From: Squalus acanthias
Taxonomy: Eukaryota
NCBI GenBank assembly: GCA_030390025.1
Contig: JASTWF010000034.1
Location: 5,394,001 to 5,458,000, forward strand
Direction: 5' to 3'
DNA length: 64,000 bases
Shown here: positions 26,201-41,200 of the stretch, piece after piece
Position numbering within the stretch: the first letter of the stretch is position 1
Layout: each line of letters begins with the position of its first letter
Translations under genes and position numbers: made by a program
Notes under the pieces: generated by a model
What the model saw: only the letters and a program-made list of their open reading frames with translations
Databases searched by the model: none
What the model was told of the DNA's origin: nothing

Positions 26201-29200
26201 GTTGACTGGTCCCGGGGTGTGTCTGATCACAGAGCCGGGGTTTCAATGGTCCGGGGGTGTGTCTGATCACAGAGCCGGGGGTTTGACTGGTCCCTGGGGT
26301 GTGTCCGATCACAGAGCCGGGGGTTTGACTGGTCCCGGGGGTGTGTCTATCACAGAGCCGGTGGTTTGACTGGTCCTGGGGGTGTGTCTGATCACAGAGC
26401 GGGTGTTTGACTGGTCCCGGGGGTGTGTCCTGATCACAGAGCCGGGGGTTTGACTGTTCCAGTGGGTGTGTCCGATCACAGAGCCGGGGTTTGACTGGTC
26501 CCGGGGGTGTGTCCGATCACAGAGCCCGGGGGTTTGACTGGTCCCGGGGGTGTGTCCTGATCACAGAGCCGGGGGTTTGACTGGTCCGGGGGTGTGTCCG
26601 ATCACAGAGCCGGGGGTTTGACTGGTCCCTGGGGTGTGTTCTGATCACAGGCGGGGGTTTGACTGTCCCTGGGGTGTGGTCGATCACAGAGCCGGGGGTT
26701 GACTGGTCCTGGGGTGTGTCCTGATCACCGAGCCGGGGTTTGACTGTTCCCGGGGGTGTGTCTGATCACAGAGCCGAGGGTTTGACTGGTCCCCGGGGGT
26801 GTGTCTGATCACAGAGCCGGGGGTTTGACTGGTCCCGGGGTGTGTCCGATCACAGAGCCGGGGGTTTGTCTTGTCCTGGGGTGTTCGATCACAGAGCCGG
26901 GGGTTTGACGGTCCCTGGGGGTGTGTCTGATCACTGAGCCGGGGGGTTTGACTGGTCCCGGGTGTGTGTCTGATCACAGAGCCGGGGGTTTGACTGGTCC
27001 GGGGTGTGTCTGATCACAGAGCCGGGGGTTTGACTGGTCCGGGGGTGTGTCCTGATCACAGAGCCGGGGGTTTTGACTGGTCCCGGGGGTGTGTCTGATC
27101 ACAGAGCCGGGGGTTTTGACTGGTCCTGGGGGTGTCTGATCACAGAGCCGGGGGTTTGACTGTCCGTGGGTGTGTCTGATCACAGAGCCGGGGTTTTGAC
27201 TGGTCCCGGGGGTGTGTCTGATCACAGAGCCGGGGGTTTGACTGGTCCCGGGGGGTATGTCCGATCACAGAGCCGGGGGTTTGACTGGTCCCGGGGATGT
27301 CTCTAATCACAGAGCCGGGGGTTTCACTGGTACGGTGGGTGGGTTTGGTCACAGAGACTGGGGTTTGACTGGTCCCAGGGGTGTCTCCGATCACAGAGCC
27401 GGGGGTTTTGACAGGTCCCAGGGGTGCGTCCGATCACAGAGCCGGGGTTCTGACTGGTCCCGGGGGTGTGTCCGATCAAAGAGCCGGGTTTTTGACTCGT
27501 CCACGGGGTGTGTTTGATCACAGACCCAGTGGTTTCACTGCTCCTGGTTTGTGTCTGATCACAGAGCCGGGGATTTGACTGGTCCTGCGGGGTGTGTCCG
27601 ATCACAGACCCAGGGATTTGACTGATCTCGGGGTTTGTCCGATCACAGAACAAGGGTTTGACTGATCTCGGGGTGTGTCCGATCACTGAGACGGGGTTTT
27701 GACTGGTCCCGGGGGTGTGTCCGATTACGGACCCAGGGTTTGTCTGTGTCCTGGGGGTGTGTCCTGATCACAGAGCCGGGGGTTTGACTGGTCCCAGGGG
27801 TGTGTCTCGATCACAGAGCCGGGGGTTTGACTGGTCCCGGGGGTGTGTCCTATCACAGAGGCGGGGGTTTGACTGGTCCCGGGGGTGTGTCCTGATCACA
27901 GAGCCGGGGGTTTGACTGGTCCCTGGGGTGTGTCTGATCACAGAGCCGGGGGTTTGACTGGTCCCGGGGGTGTGTCCGATCACAGAGCCGGGGGTTTGAC
28001 TGGTCCCGGGGGTGTGTCTGATCACAGAGCCGGGGGTTTTGACTGGTCCCGGGGGTGTGGTCCGATCACAGAGCCGGGGTTTGACTGGTCCCGGGGGTGT
28101 GTCTGATCACAGAGCCGGGGGTTTTGACTGGTCCCGGGGGTGTGTCCTGATCACAGAGCCGGGGTTTGACTGGTCCCGGGGGTGTGTCGATCACAGAGCC
28201 GGGGGTTTGACTGGTCCCGGGGGTGTGTCCGATCACAGACCGGGGGTTTGACTGCCCGGGGGTGTGTCCGATCACAGAGCCGGGGGTTTGACTGGTCCCG
28301 GGGTGTGTCTGATCACAGAGCCGGGGTTTGTCTGGTCCCGGGGTGTGTCGATCACAGAGCCGGGGGTTTGACTGGTCCCGGGGTGTGTCCGATCACAGAC
28401 CCGGGGGTTTGACTGGTCCTGGGGTGTGTCCTGATCACAGAGCCGGGGTTTGACTGGTCCTGGGGTGTGTCTGATCACAGAGCCGGGGGTTTGACTGGTC
28501 CCGGGGGTGTGTCGATCACAGAGCCGGGGGTTTGACTGTCCTGGGGTGTGTCTGATCACAGAGCCGGGGGTTTGACTGGTCCCGGGGGTGTGTCTGATCA
28601 CAGAGCCGGGGGTTTGACTGTCCTGGGGGTGTGTCCTGATCACAGAGCCGGGGTTTGACTGGTCCCTGGGGTGTGTCCGATCACAGAGCCGGGGGTTTGA
28701 CTGGTCCTGGGGGTGTGTCTGATCACAGAGCCGGGGGTTTGACTGGTCCGGGGGTGTGTCTGATCACAGAGCCGGGGTTTGACTGGTCCCGGGGGTGTGT
28801 CTGATCACAGAGCCTGGGGTTTGACTGGTCCCGGGGGTGTGTCTGATCACAGAGCCGGGGGTTTGACTGGTCCCTGGGGTGTGTCGATCACAGAGCCCGG
28901 GGTTTGACTGTCCCGGGGGTGTGTCTGATCACAGAGCCGGGGGTTTGACTGGTCCCGGGGGTGTGTCTGATCACAGAGCCGGGGTTTGACTCGTCCCGGA
29001 GGTGTGTCTGATCACAGAGCCGGGGTTTGACTGTCCCAGGGGGTGTGTCTGATCACAGAGCCGGGGGTTTGACTGGTCCCGGGGGTGTGTCTGATCACAG
29101 AGCCGGGGTTTGACTGGTCCTGGGGGTGTGTCCGATCACAGAGCCGGGGTTTGACTGGTCCCGGGGGGTGTCTGATCACAGAGCCGGGGTTTGACTGTCC

Positions 29201-32200
29201 TGGGGGTGTGTCTGATCACAGACCGGGGTTTGACTGTCCGGGGGTGTGTCCGATCACAGAGCCGGGGGTTTGACTGGTCCTGGGGGTGTGTCGATCACAG
29301 AGCCGGGGGTTTGACTGGTCCGGGGGTGTGTCTGATCACAGAGCCGGGGGTTTGACTGGTCCCGGGGGGTGTGTCTGATCACAGAGCCGGGGGTTTGACT
29401 GGTCCTGGGGTGTGTCTGATCACAGAGCCGGGGTTTGACTGGTCCCGGGGGTGTGTCTGATCACAGAGCCGGGGTTTGACTGGTCCCTGGGGTGTGTCTG
29501 ATCACAGAGCCGGGGTTTGACTGGTCCGGGGGTGTGTCCTGATCACAGAGCCGGGGTTTGACTGGTCCCGGGGGTGTGTCTGATCACAGAGCCGGGGTTT
29601 GACTGGTCCCGGGGTGTGTCCTGATCACAGACCCGGGGTTTGACTGGTCCGGGGGTGTGTCCGATCACAGAGCCGGGGTTTGACTGGTCCCGGGGGTGTG
29701 TCCTGATCACAGAGCCGGGGGTTTGACTGGTCCCGGGGGGATGTGTCGATCACAGAGCCGGGGGTTTGACTGGTCCCGGGGGTGTGTCCGATCACAGAGC
29801 CGGGGGTTTGACTGGTCCCGGGGTGTGTCCGATCACAGAGCCGGGGGTTTGACTGGTCCCGGGGGGTGTGTCTGATCACAGAGCCGGGTGTTTGACTGGT
29901 CCTGGGGTGTGTCCGATCACAGAGCCGGGGGTTTGACTGGTCCCGGGGGTGTGTCTGATCACAGAGCCGGGGGTTTGACTGGTCCCGGGGGTGTGTCTGA
30001 TCACAGAGCCGGGGGTTTGACTGGTCCTGGGGTGTGTCCGATCACAGAGCCGGGGTTTGACTGTCCCGGGGGTGTGTCGATCACAGAGCCGGGGGTTTGA
30101 CTGGTTCCTGGGGGTGTGTCCTGATCACAGAGCCGGGGGTTTGACTGGTCCCGGGGGTGTGTCTGATCACAGAGCCGGGGTTTGACTGGTCCCGGGGGTG
30201 TGTCCTGATCACAGAGCCGGGGGTTTGACTGGTCCCGGGGTGTGTCCGATCACAGAGCCGCGGGTTTTGACTGGTCCCGGGGGTGTGTCTGATTCACAGA
30301 GCCTGGGGTTTGACTGGTCCCGGGGGTGTGTCTGATCACAGAACCGGGGGTTTGACTGGTCCCGGGGGTGTGTCTATCACAGAGCCGGGGGTTTGACTGT
30401 CCCGGGGTGTGTCTGATCACAGAGCCGGGGTTTGACTGGTCCAGGGGGGTGTGTCTGATCACAGACCCGGGGGTTTGACTGGTCCCGGGGGTGTGTCCGA
30501 TCACAGAGACCGGGGGTTTGACTGGTCCCGGGGGTGTGTCTATCACAGAGCCTGGGGGTTTGACTGGTCCCGGGGGTGTGTCTGATCACAGAGCCGGGGG
30601 TTTTGACTGAGCCCGGGGTGTGTCTATCATAGAGCCGGGGGTTTGTCTGGTCCCTGGGGGTGTGTCTGATCACAGAGCCGGGGGTTTGACTGTCCCCGGG
30701 GGTGTGTCTGATCACAGAGCCGGGGGTTTTGACTGGTCCCGGGGGTGTGTCTGATCACAGAGCCGGGGGTTTGACTGGTCCTGGGGGTGTGTCTGATCAC
30801 AGAGCCGGGGTTTGACTGGTCCCGGGGTGTTGTCCGATCACAGAGCCGGGGGTTTGACTGTCCCGGGGGTGTGTCCGATCACAGAGCCGGGTTTGACTGT
30901 CCCGGGGGTGTGTCCTGATCACAGAGCCGGGGGTTTGACTGGTCCCGGGGTGTGTCTGATCACAGAGCCGGGGTTTTGACTGTCCCGGGGGTGTGTCTGA
31001 TCACAGAGCCGGGGGTTTGACTGGTCCCGGGGGTGTGTCTGATCACAGAGCCGGGGTTTGACTGGTCCCGGGGGTGTGTCTGATCACAGAGCCGGGGTTT
31101 GACTGGTCCCGGGGTGTGTCTGATCACAGAGCCGGGGGTTTGACTGGTCCCGGGGTGTGTCTGATCACAGAGCCGGGGTTTGACTGGTCCGGGGGCTGTG
31201 TCTGATCACAGAGCCCGGGGGTTTGACTGGTCCCGGGGGTGTGTCTGATCACAGAGCCGGGTGTTTGACTGGTCCGGGGGGGGGTGTCTGATCACAGAGC
31301 CCGGGTTTGACTGGTCCCGGGGTGTGTCCGATCACAGACCCGGGGTTTGACTGGTCCCGGGGTGAGTCCTGATCACAGAGCCGGGGGTTTGACTGGTCCC
31401 GGGGTGTGTCTGATCACAGAGCCGGGGTTTGACTGGTCCCGGGGTGTGTGTCCGATCACAGAGCCGGGGGTTTGACTGGTCCCGGGGTGTGTCCGATCAC
31501 AGAGCCGGGGGTTTGACTGATCCGGGGGTGTGTCCGATTCACAGAGCCGGGGGTTTGACTGGTCCCGGGGTGTGTCTGATCACAGACCCGGGGTTTGACT
31601 GGTCCCGGGGGTGTGTCCGATCACAGAGCCAGGGGTTTGACTGGTCCCGGGGGGTGTGTCCGATCACAGACCCAGGGGTTTGACTGTCCCTGGGGGTGTG
31701 TCGATCACAGAGCCGGGGGTTTGACTGATCCCGGGGGTGTGTCGATCACAGAGCCGGGGTTTGACTGGTCCCGGGGGTGTGTCTGATCACAGAGCCGGGG
31801 TTTGACTGGTCCGGGGGTGTGTCTGATCACAGAGCCGGGGTTTGACTGGTCCCGGGGGTGTGTCTGATCACAGAGCCGGGGTTTGACTGGTCCCGGGGGT
31901 GTGTCGATCACAGACCCGGGGGTTTGACTGGTCCCGGGGGTGTGTCTGATCACAGAGCCGGGGTTTGACTGGTCCCGGGGGTGTGTCTGATCACAGAGCC
32001 GGGGGTTTGACTGGTCCCGGGGGTGTGTCTGATCACAGAGCCGGGGGTTTGACTGGTCCCGGGGGTGTGTCCGATCACAGAGCCGGGGGTTTGACTGTCC
32101 CGGGGGTGTGTCTGATCACAGAGCCGGGGGTTTGACTGTCCGGGGTGTGTCTGATCACAGAGCCGGGGGTTTGACTGGTCCCGGGGGTGTGTCCGATCAC

Positions 32201-35200
32201 AGAGCCGGGGTTTGACTGGTCCTGGGGTGTGTCTGATCACAGAGCCGGGGTTTGACTGGTCCCGGGGGTGTGTCTGATCACAGAGCCGGGGGTTTGACTG
32301 GTCCCGGGGTGTGTCCGATCACAGAGCCGGGGGTTTGACTGGTCCCGGGGGTGTGTCTGATCACAGAGCCGGGGGTTTGACTGGTCCGGGGGTGTGTCTG
32401 ATCACAGAGCCGGGGGTTTGACTGGTCCCGGGGGTGTGTCTGATCACAGAGCCGGGGGTTTGACTGGTCCCGGGGGTGTGTCTGATCACAGAGCCGGGGG
32501 TTTGACTGGTCCGGGGGTGTGTCCGATCACAGAGCCGGGGGTTTGACTGGTCCCGGGGGTGTGTCTGATCACAGAGCCGGGGGTTTGACTGGTCCCGGGG
32601 GTGTGTCTGATCACAGAGCCGGGGTTTGACTGGTCCTGGGGGTGTGTCTGATCACAGAGCCGGGGTTTGACTGGTCCCGGGGGTGTGTCCGATCACAGAG
32701 CCGGGGTTTGACTGGTCCCGGGGGTGTGTCTGATCACAGAGCCGGGGGTTTGACTGGTCCCGGGGGTGTGTCTGATCACAGACCCGGGGGTTTGACTGGT
32801 CCGGGGGTGTGTCCGATCACAGAGCCGGGGTTTGACTGGTCCTGGGGGTGTGTCTGATCACAGACCCGGGGTTTGACTGGTCCCGGGGGTGTGTCTGATC
32901 ACAGAGCCGGGGGTTTGACTGGTCCTGGGGGTGTGTCTGATCACAGAGCCGGGGGTTTGACTGGTCCCGGGGGTGTGTCGATCACAGAGCCGGGGGTTTG
33001 ACTGGTCCGGGGGTGTGTCTGATCACAGAGCCGGGGGTTTGACTGGTCCTGGGGGTGTGTCCGATCACAGAGCCGGGGTTTGACTGGTCCCGGGGGTGTG
33101 TCCGATCACAGAGCCGGGGTTTGACTGGTCCCGGGGGTGTGTCCGATCACAGAGCCGGGGGTTTGACTGGTCCCGGGGGTGTGTCTGATCACAGAGCCGG
33201 GGGTTTGACTGGTCCCGGGGTGTGTCCGATCACAGAGCCGGGGTTTGACTGTCCGGGGGTGTGTCTGATCACAGAGCCGGGGGTTTGACTGGTCCCGGGG
33301 GCTGTGTCCGATCACAGAGCCGGGGTTTGACTGTCCTGGGGGTGTGTCCGATCACAGACCGGGGTTTGACTGGTCCTGGGGGTGTGTCGATCACAGACCA
33401 GGGGTTTGACTGGTCCTGGGGTGTGTCCTGATCACAGAGCCGGGGTTTGACTGGTCCCGGGGGTGTGTCGATCACAGAGCCGGGGTTTGACTGGTCCCGG
33501 GGGTGTGTCTGATCACAGACCAGGGGTTTGACTGGTCCGGGGTGTGTCCGATCACAGAGCCGGGGGTTTGACTGGTCCTGGGGGTGTGTCTGATCACAGA
33601 GCCGAGGGTTTGACTGTCCCTGGGGGTGTGTCTGATCACAGAGCCGGGGGTTTTGACTGGTCCCGGGGGTGTGTCTGATCACAGACCCAGGGGTTTGACT
33701 GGTCCCGGGGGTGTGTCCGATCACAGAGCCGGGGGTTTGACTGGTCCCGGGGGTGTGTCTGATCACAGAGCCGGGGGTTTGACTGGTCCCGGGGGTGTGT
33801 CTGATCACAGAGCCGGGGGTTTGACTGGTCCGGGGGGTGTGTCTGATCACAGAGCCGGGGGTTTGACTGGTCCTGGGGGTGTGTCCGATCACAGAGCCGG
33901 GGGTTTGACTGTCCTGGGGGTGTGTCCGATCACAGAGCCGGGGTTTGACTGTCCCGGGGTGTGTCTGATCACAGAGCCGGGGGTTTGACTGTCCCGGGGG
34001 TGTGTCTGATCACAGAGCCGGGGTTTGACTGGTCCCGGGGTGTGTCTGATCACAGAGCCGGGGTTTGACTGGTCCCGGGGGTGTGTCTGATCACAGAGCC
34101 GGGGGTTTGACTGGTCCGGGGGGTGTGTCTGATCACAGAGCCGGGGTTTGACTGGTCCCGGGGGTGTGTCTGATCACAGAGCCGGGGTTTGACTGGTCCC
34201 GGGGGGTGTGTCCTGATCACAGAGCCGGGGTTTGACTGGTCCCGGGGGTGTGTCTGATCACAGAGCCGGGGGTTTGACTGGTCCCGGGGGGGTGTGTCTG
34301 ATCACAGACCTGGGGTTTGACTGGTCCCGGGGGTGTGTCCGATCACAGAGCCGGGGTTTGACTTGTCCCGGGGGGGTGTCCGATCACAGAGCCGGGGGTT
34401 TGACTGGTCCCGGGGGTGTGTCTGATCACAGAGCCGGGGTTTGACTGGTCCCTGGGGGTGTGTCTGATCACAGAGCCGGGGGTTTGACTGGTCCGGGGGT
34501 GTGTCTGATCACAGAGCCGGGGGTTTGACTGGTCCCGGGGGTGTGTCCGATCACAGAGCCGGGGGTTTGACTGGTCCGGGGGTGTGTCTGATCACAGACC
34601 CGGGGGTTTGACTGGTCCCTGGGGGGTGTCTGATCACAGAGCCGGGGGTTTTGACTGGTCCCGGGGCTGTGTCTGATCACAGAGCCGGGGGTTTGACTGG
34701 TCCCGGGGGGTGTCTGATCACAGAGCCGGGGTTTGACTTGTCCCGGGGGTGTGTCTGATCACAGAGCCGGGGGTTTGACTGGTCCTGGGGGTGTGTCTGA
34801 TCACAGAGCCGGGGGTTTGACTGGTCCCGGGGGTGTGTCTGATCACAGAGCCGGGGGTTTGACTGGTCCCGGGGGTGTGTCTGATCACAGAGCCGGGGGT
34901 TTGACTGGTCCTGGGGGTGTGTCTGATCACAGAGCCGGGGTTTGACTGGTCCTGGGGGTGTGTCCTGATCACAGAGCCGGGGGTTTGACTGGTCCCGGGG
35001 GTGTGTCTGATCACAGAGCCGGGGTTTGACTGGTCCCGGGGGTGTGTCTGATCACAGAGCCGGGGGTTTGACTGGTCCCGGGGGTGTGTCCGATCACAGA
35101 GCCGGGGTTTGACTGGTCCTGGGGGTGTGTCCTGATCACAGAGCCGGGGTTTGACTGGTCCCGGGGGTGTGTCTGATCACAGAGCCGGGGGTTTGACTGG

Positions 35201-38200
35201 TCCGGGGGTGTGTCTGATCACAGAGCCGGGGGTTTGACTGGTCCCGGGGGTGTGTCTGATCACAGAGCCGGGGTTTGACTGGTCCCGGGGGTGTGTCGAT
35301 CACAGAGCCGGGGGTTTGACTGGTCCCGGGGGTGTGTCTGATCACAGAGCCGGGGGTTTGACTGGTCCCGGGGGGTGTGTCTGATCACAGAGCCGGGGTT
35401 TGACTGTCCCGGGGGTGTGTCTGATCACAGAGCCGGGGGTTTGACTGGTCCCTGGGGTTGTGTCGATCACAGAGCCGGGGGTTTGACTGGTCCCGGGGGT
35501 GTGTCTGATCACAGAGCCGGGGGTTTGACTGTTCCGGGGTGTGTCTGATCACAGAGCCGGGGGTTTGACTGGTCCCGGGGGTGTGTCTGATCACAGAGCC
35601 GGGGGTTTGACTGGTCCCGGGGGGTGTGTCTGATCACAGAGCCGGGGGTTTGACTGGTCCCGGGGGTGTGTCCTGATCACAGAGCCGGGGGTTTGACTGG
35701 TCCCGGGGGTGTGTCCGATCACAGAGCCGGGGGTTTGACTGTCCCGGGGGTGTGTCTGATCACAGAGCCGGGGTTTGACTGGTCCCGGGGGTGTGTCTGA
35801 TCACAGAGCCGGGGTTTGACTGGTCCCTGGGGTGTGTCTGATCACAGAGCCGGGGTTTGACTGGTCCTGGGGGTGTGTCCGATCACAGAGCCGGGGTTTG
35901 ACTGTCCCGGGGGTGTGTCTGATCACAGAGCCGGGGGTTTGACTGGTCCCGGGGGTGTGTCTGATCACAGAGCCGGGGGTTTGACTGGTCCCGGGGTGTG
36001 TCTGATCACAGAGCCGGGGGTTTGACTGGTCCTGGGGTGTGTCTGATCACAGAGCCGGGGGTTTGACTGGTCCCTGGGGGTGTGTCTGATCACAGAGCCG
36101 GGGGTTTGACTGGTCCCGGGGGTGTGTCTGATCACAGAGCCGGGGGTTTGACTGGTCCCGGGGGTGTGTCTGATCACAGAGCCGGGGTTTGACTGGTCCC
36201 GGGGGTGTGTCTGATCACAGAGCCGGGGGTTTGACTGGTCCCGGGGGTGTGTCTGATCACAGAGCCGGGGGTTTGACTGGTCCCGGGGGTGTGTGCGATC
36301 ACAGACCGGGGGTTTGACTGGTCCCGGGGGTGTGTCTGATCACAGAGCCGGGGGTTTGACTGGTCCCGGGGGTGTGTGCGATCACAGACCGGGGTTTGAC
36401 TGGTCCCGGGGGTGTGTCTGATCACAGACCGGGGGTTTGACTGGTCCGGGGGTGTGTCTGATCACAGAGCCGGGGTTTGACTGGTCCCTGGGGCTGTGTC
36501 TGATCACAGAGCCGGGGTTTGACTGGTCCCGGGGGTGTGTCGATCACAGAGCCGGGGGTTTGACTGGTCCTGGGGGTGTGTCTGATCACAGAGCCGGGGG
36601 TTTGACTGGTCCTGGGGTGTGTCTGATCACAGAGCCGGGGGTTTGACTGGTCCCGGGGGTGTGTCTGATCACAGAGCCGGGGGTTTGACTGGTCCGGGGG
36701 TGTGTCTGATCACAGAGCCGGGGTTTGACTGGTCCCGGGGGTGTGTCTGATCACAGAGCCGGGGGTTTGACTCGGTCCCGGGGTGTGTCCGATCAAGAGC
36801 CGGGGGTTTGACTGGTCCCGGGGTGTGTCCTGATCACAGAGCCGGGGTTTGAATGGTCCTGGGGGTGTGTCTGATCACAGAGCCGGGGTTTGACTGGTCC
36901 GGGGGTGTGTCTGATCACAGACCCGGGGGTTTGACTGCTCCCTGGGTTTGTTCCGATCACCGAGCCGGGGTTTGACTGTCCCGGGGGTGTGTCCGATCAC
37001 AGAGCCGGGGGTTTGACTGTCCCGGGGGGTGTTTCTGATCACAGAGCCGGGGGTTTGACTGGTCCCGGGGGTGTGTCCGATCACAGAGCCGGGGTTTGAC
37101 TGGTCCTGGGGTGTGTCTGATCACAGAGCCGGGGTTTGACTGGTCCGTGGGGTGTGTCCTATCACAGTCCCAGTGGTTGACTGGTCCCGGGGGTGTGTGT
37201 CGATCACAGACCAGGTTTTGACTGGTCCCGGGGGTGTGTCTGATCACAGAGCCCGGGGGTTTTGACTGTCCCGGTGTGTGTCTAATCACAGAGCCGGGGG
37301 TTTGACTTGTCCCGGGGGTGTGGTCTGATCACAGACCCGGGAGTTTGACTGGTCCCGGGGGTGTGTCTTTTCACAGAGCCGGGGTTTGACTGGTCCCGGG
37401 GGGTGTGTTTGATCACAGAGCCGGGGTTTGACTGGTCCCGGGGTGTGTCTGATCACAGAGCCGGGGGTTTGACTGGTCCCGGGGGTGTGTCTGATCACAG
37501 AGCCGGGGGTTGACTGTTCCGGGGTTGTGTCTGATCACAGACGCGGGGGTTTGACTGTCCCTGGGGGTGTGTCTGATCACAGAGCCGGGGGTTTTGACTG
37601 TCCCGGGGGTGTGTCCTGATCACAGAGCCGGGGGGTTTGACTGTTCCCGGGGGTGTGTCTGATCACAGAGCCGGGGGTTTGACTGGTCCCGGGGGTGTAT
37701 CTGATCACAGAGCCGGGTTTTGACTAGTCCCGGGGGTGTGTCCGATCACAGAGCCGGGGGTTTGACTGGTCCCGGGGGTGTGTCGATCACAGAGCCGGGG
37801 TTTGACTGGTCCCGGGGGTGTGTCCGATCACAGAGCCGGGGGTTTGACTGGTCCCGGGGGTGTGTCTGATCACAGAGCCGGGGGTTTGACTGGTCCGGGG
37901 GTGTGTCCGATCACAGAGCCGGGGTTTGACTGGTCCCTGGGGGTGTGTCCGATCACAGAGCCGGGGTTTGACTGCTCCTGGGGTGTGTCTGATCACAGAG
38001 CCGGGGGTTTGACTGGTCCCGGGGGTGTGTCCGATCACAGAGCCGGGGGTTTGACTGGTCCCAGGGGGTGTGTCTGATCACAGAGCCGGGGGTTTGACTG
38101 GTCCGGGGGTGTGTCCGATCACAGACCCAGGGGCTTTGACTGGTCCCTGGGGGTGTGTCCGATCACAGAGCCGGGGGTTTGACTGCTCCTGGGGGTGTGT

Positions 38201-41200
38201 CCGATCACAGAGCCGGGGTTTGACTGGTCCCGGGGGTGTGTCTGATCACAGAGCCGGGGGTTTGACTGGTCCTGGGGGTGTGTCTGATCACAGAGCCGGG
38301 GTTTGACTGGTCCCGGGGGTGTGTCTGATCACAGAGCCGGGGGTTTGACTGGTCCCGGGGGTGTGTCTGATCACAGAGCCGGGGTTTGACTGGTCCCGGG
38401 GTGTGTCTGATCACAGAGCCGGGGGTTTGACTGGTCCGGGGGTGTGTCTGATCACAGAGCCGGGGGTTTGACTGGTCCCGGGGGTGTGTCTGATCACAGA
38501 GCCGGGGGTTTGACTGGTCCCGGGGGTGTGTCTGATCACAGAGCCGGGGGTTTGACTGGTCCCGGGGGTGTGTCTGATCACAGAGCCGGGGTTTGACTGG
38601 TCCGGGGGTGTGTCCGATCACAGAGCCGGGGGTTTGACTGGTCCCGGGGGTGTGTCTGATCACAGAGCCGGGGTTTGACTGGTCCTGGGGTGTGTCTGAT
38701 CACAGAGCCGGGGGTTTGACTGGTCCGGGGGTGTGTCTGATCACAGAGCCGGGGTTTGACTGGTCCCGGGGGTGTGTCTGATCACAGAGCCGGGGTTTGA
38801 CTGGTCCCGGGGGTGTGTCTGATCACAGAGCCGGGGGTTTGACTGGTCCCGGGGTGTGTCTGATCACAGAGCCGGGGTTTGACTGGTCCCTGGGGGTGTG
38901 TCTGATCACAGAGCCGGGGGTTTGACTGGTCCCGGGGGTGTGTCTGATCACAGAGCCGGGGTTTGACTGGTCCAGGGGGTGTGTCTGATCACAGAGCCGG
39001 GGGTTTGACTGGTCCGGGGGTGTGTCTGATCACAGAGCCGGGGGTTTGACTGGTCCCGGGGGTGTGTCTGATCACAGAGCCGGGGTTTGACTGGTCCCGG
39101 GGGTGTGTCTGATCACAGAGCCGGGGTTTGACTGGTCCCGGGGGTGTGTCTGATCACAGAGCCGGGGGTTTGACTGGTCCTGGGGGTGTGTCCTGATCAC
39201 AGAGCCGGGGGTTTGACTGGTCCTGGGGGTGTGTCTGATCACAGAGCCGGGGGTTTGACTGGTCCTGGGGTGTGTCTGATCACAGAGCCGGGGTTTGACT
39301 GGTCCCGGGGTGTGTCCTGATCACAGAGCCGGGGGTTTGACTGGTCCCGGGGTGTGTCTGATCACAGAGCCGGGGGTTTGACTGGTCCCGGGGGTGTGTC
39401 TGATCACAGAGCCGGGGGTTTGACTGGTCCCGGGGGTGTGTCCTGATCACAGAGCCGGGGGTTTGACTGGTCCCGGGGGTGTGTCGATCACAGAGCCGGG
39501 GTTTGACTGGTCCCTGGGGTGTGTCTGATCACAGAGCCGGGGTTTGACTGGTCCCTGGGGTGTGTCTGATCACAGAGCCGGGGGTTTGACTGGTCCCGGG
39601 GGTGTGTCTGATCACAGAGCCGGGGTTTGACTGTCCCGGGGGTGTGTCTGATCACAGAGCCGGGGGTTTGACTGGTCCCGGGGGTGTGTCTGATCACAGA
39701 GCCGGGGTTTGACTGGTCCCGGGGGTGTGTCTGATCACAGAGCCAGGGGTTTGACTGGTCCCGGGGGTGTGTCCGATCACAGAGCCGGGGTTTGACTGGT
39801 CCGGGGGTGTGTCTGATCACAGAGCCGGGGGTTTGACTGGTCCCGGGGGTGTGTCCTGATCACAGAGCCGGGGTTTGACTGGTCCCGGGGGTGTGTCCGA
39901 TCACAGAGCCGGGGGTTTGACTGGTCCTGGGGTGTGTCTGATCACAGAGCCGGGGGTTTGACTGGTCCCGGGGGTGTGTCTGATCACAGAGCCGGGGGTT
40001 TGACTGGTCCCGGGGGTGTGTCCGATCACAGAGCCGGGGGTTTGACTGGTCCCGGGGGTGTGTCTGATCACAGAGCCGGGGGTTTGACTGGTCCCGGGGT
40101 GTGTCCGATCACAGAGCCGGGGTTTGACTGGTCCCGGGGGTGTGTCTGATCACAGAGCCGGGGGTTTGACTGTCCCGGGGTGTGTCCGATCACAGACCGG
40201 GGGTTTGACTGGTCCCGGGGGTGTGTCCGATCACAGAGCCGGGGGTTTGACTGGTCCCGGGGCTGTGTCTGATCACAGAGCCGGGGGTTTGACTGGTCCC
40301 GGGGGGTGTGTCTGATCACAGAGCCTGGGGTTTGACTGTTCCCGGGGGTGTGTCTGATCACAGAGCCGGGGGTTGACTGGTCCGGGGGGTTGTCCGATCA
40401 CAGAGCCGGGGTTTGACTGGTCCCGGGGGTGTGTCTGATCACAGAGCCAGGGTTTTGACTGGTCCGGGGTGTGTCTGATCACAGAGCCGGGGTTTGACTG
40501 GTCCTGGGGGTGTGTCTGATCACAGAGCCGGGGGTTTGACTGGTCCGGGGGTGTGTCTGATCACAGAGCCGGGGGTTTGACTGGTCCCGGGGGGTGTGTC
40601 TGATCACAGACCGGGGGGTTTGACTGGTCCGGGGGGGTGTGTCTGATCACAGAGCCGGGGGTTTGACTGGTCCCGGGGGTGGTGTCCGATCACAGAGCCG
40701 GGGGTTTGACTGGTCCCGGGGGTGTCTCTGATCACAGACCCGGGGGTTTGACTGGTCCCGGGGGTGTGTCTGATCACAGACCCGGCGGTTTGACTGGTCC
40801 CGGGGGGGGTGTCTGATCACAGACCGGGTTTTGACTGGTCCCGGGGTGTGTCGATCACAGAGCCGGGGGATTTGACTGGTCCTGGGGGTGTCTCTGATCA
40901 CAGAGCCGGGGTTTGACTGTCCGGGGGGTGGTCTGATCACAGAGCCGGGTTTGACTGGTCCGGGGTGTGTCTGATCACAGAGCCGGAGGTTGACTGGTCC
41001 CGGGGGTGTGTCCGATCACAGACCCGGGGTTTGATCTCGTCCCGGGGTGTGTCGGATCACAGACCCGGGGTTTGACTGTCCCTGGGGGTGTGTTCTGATC
41101 ACAGACCCGGGGGTTTGACTGTCCTGGGGGTGTGTCTGATCACAGAGCCGGGGTTTGACTGGTCCCGGGGTTGTGTCCTGATCACAGAGCCGGGGGTTTG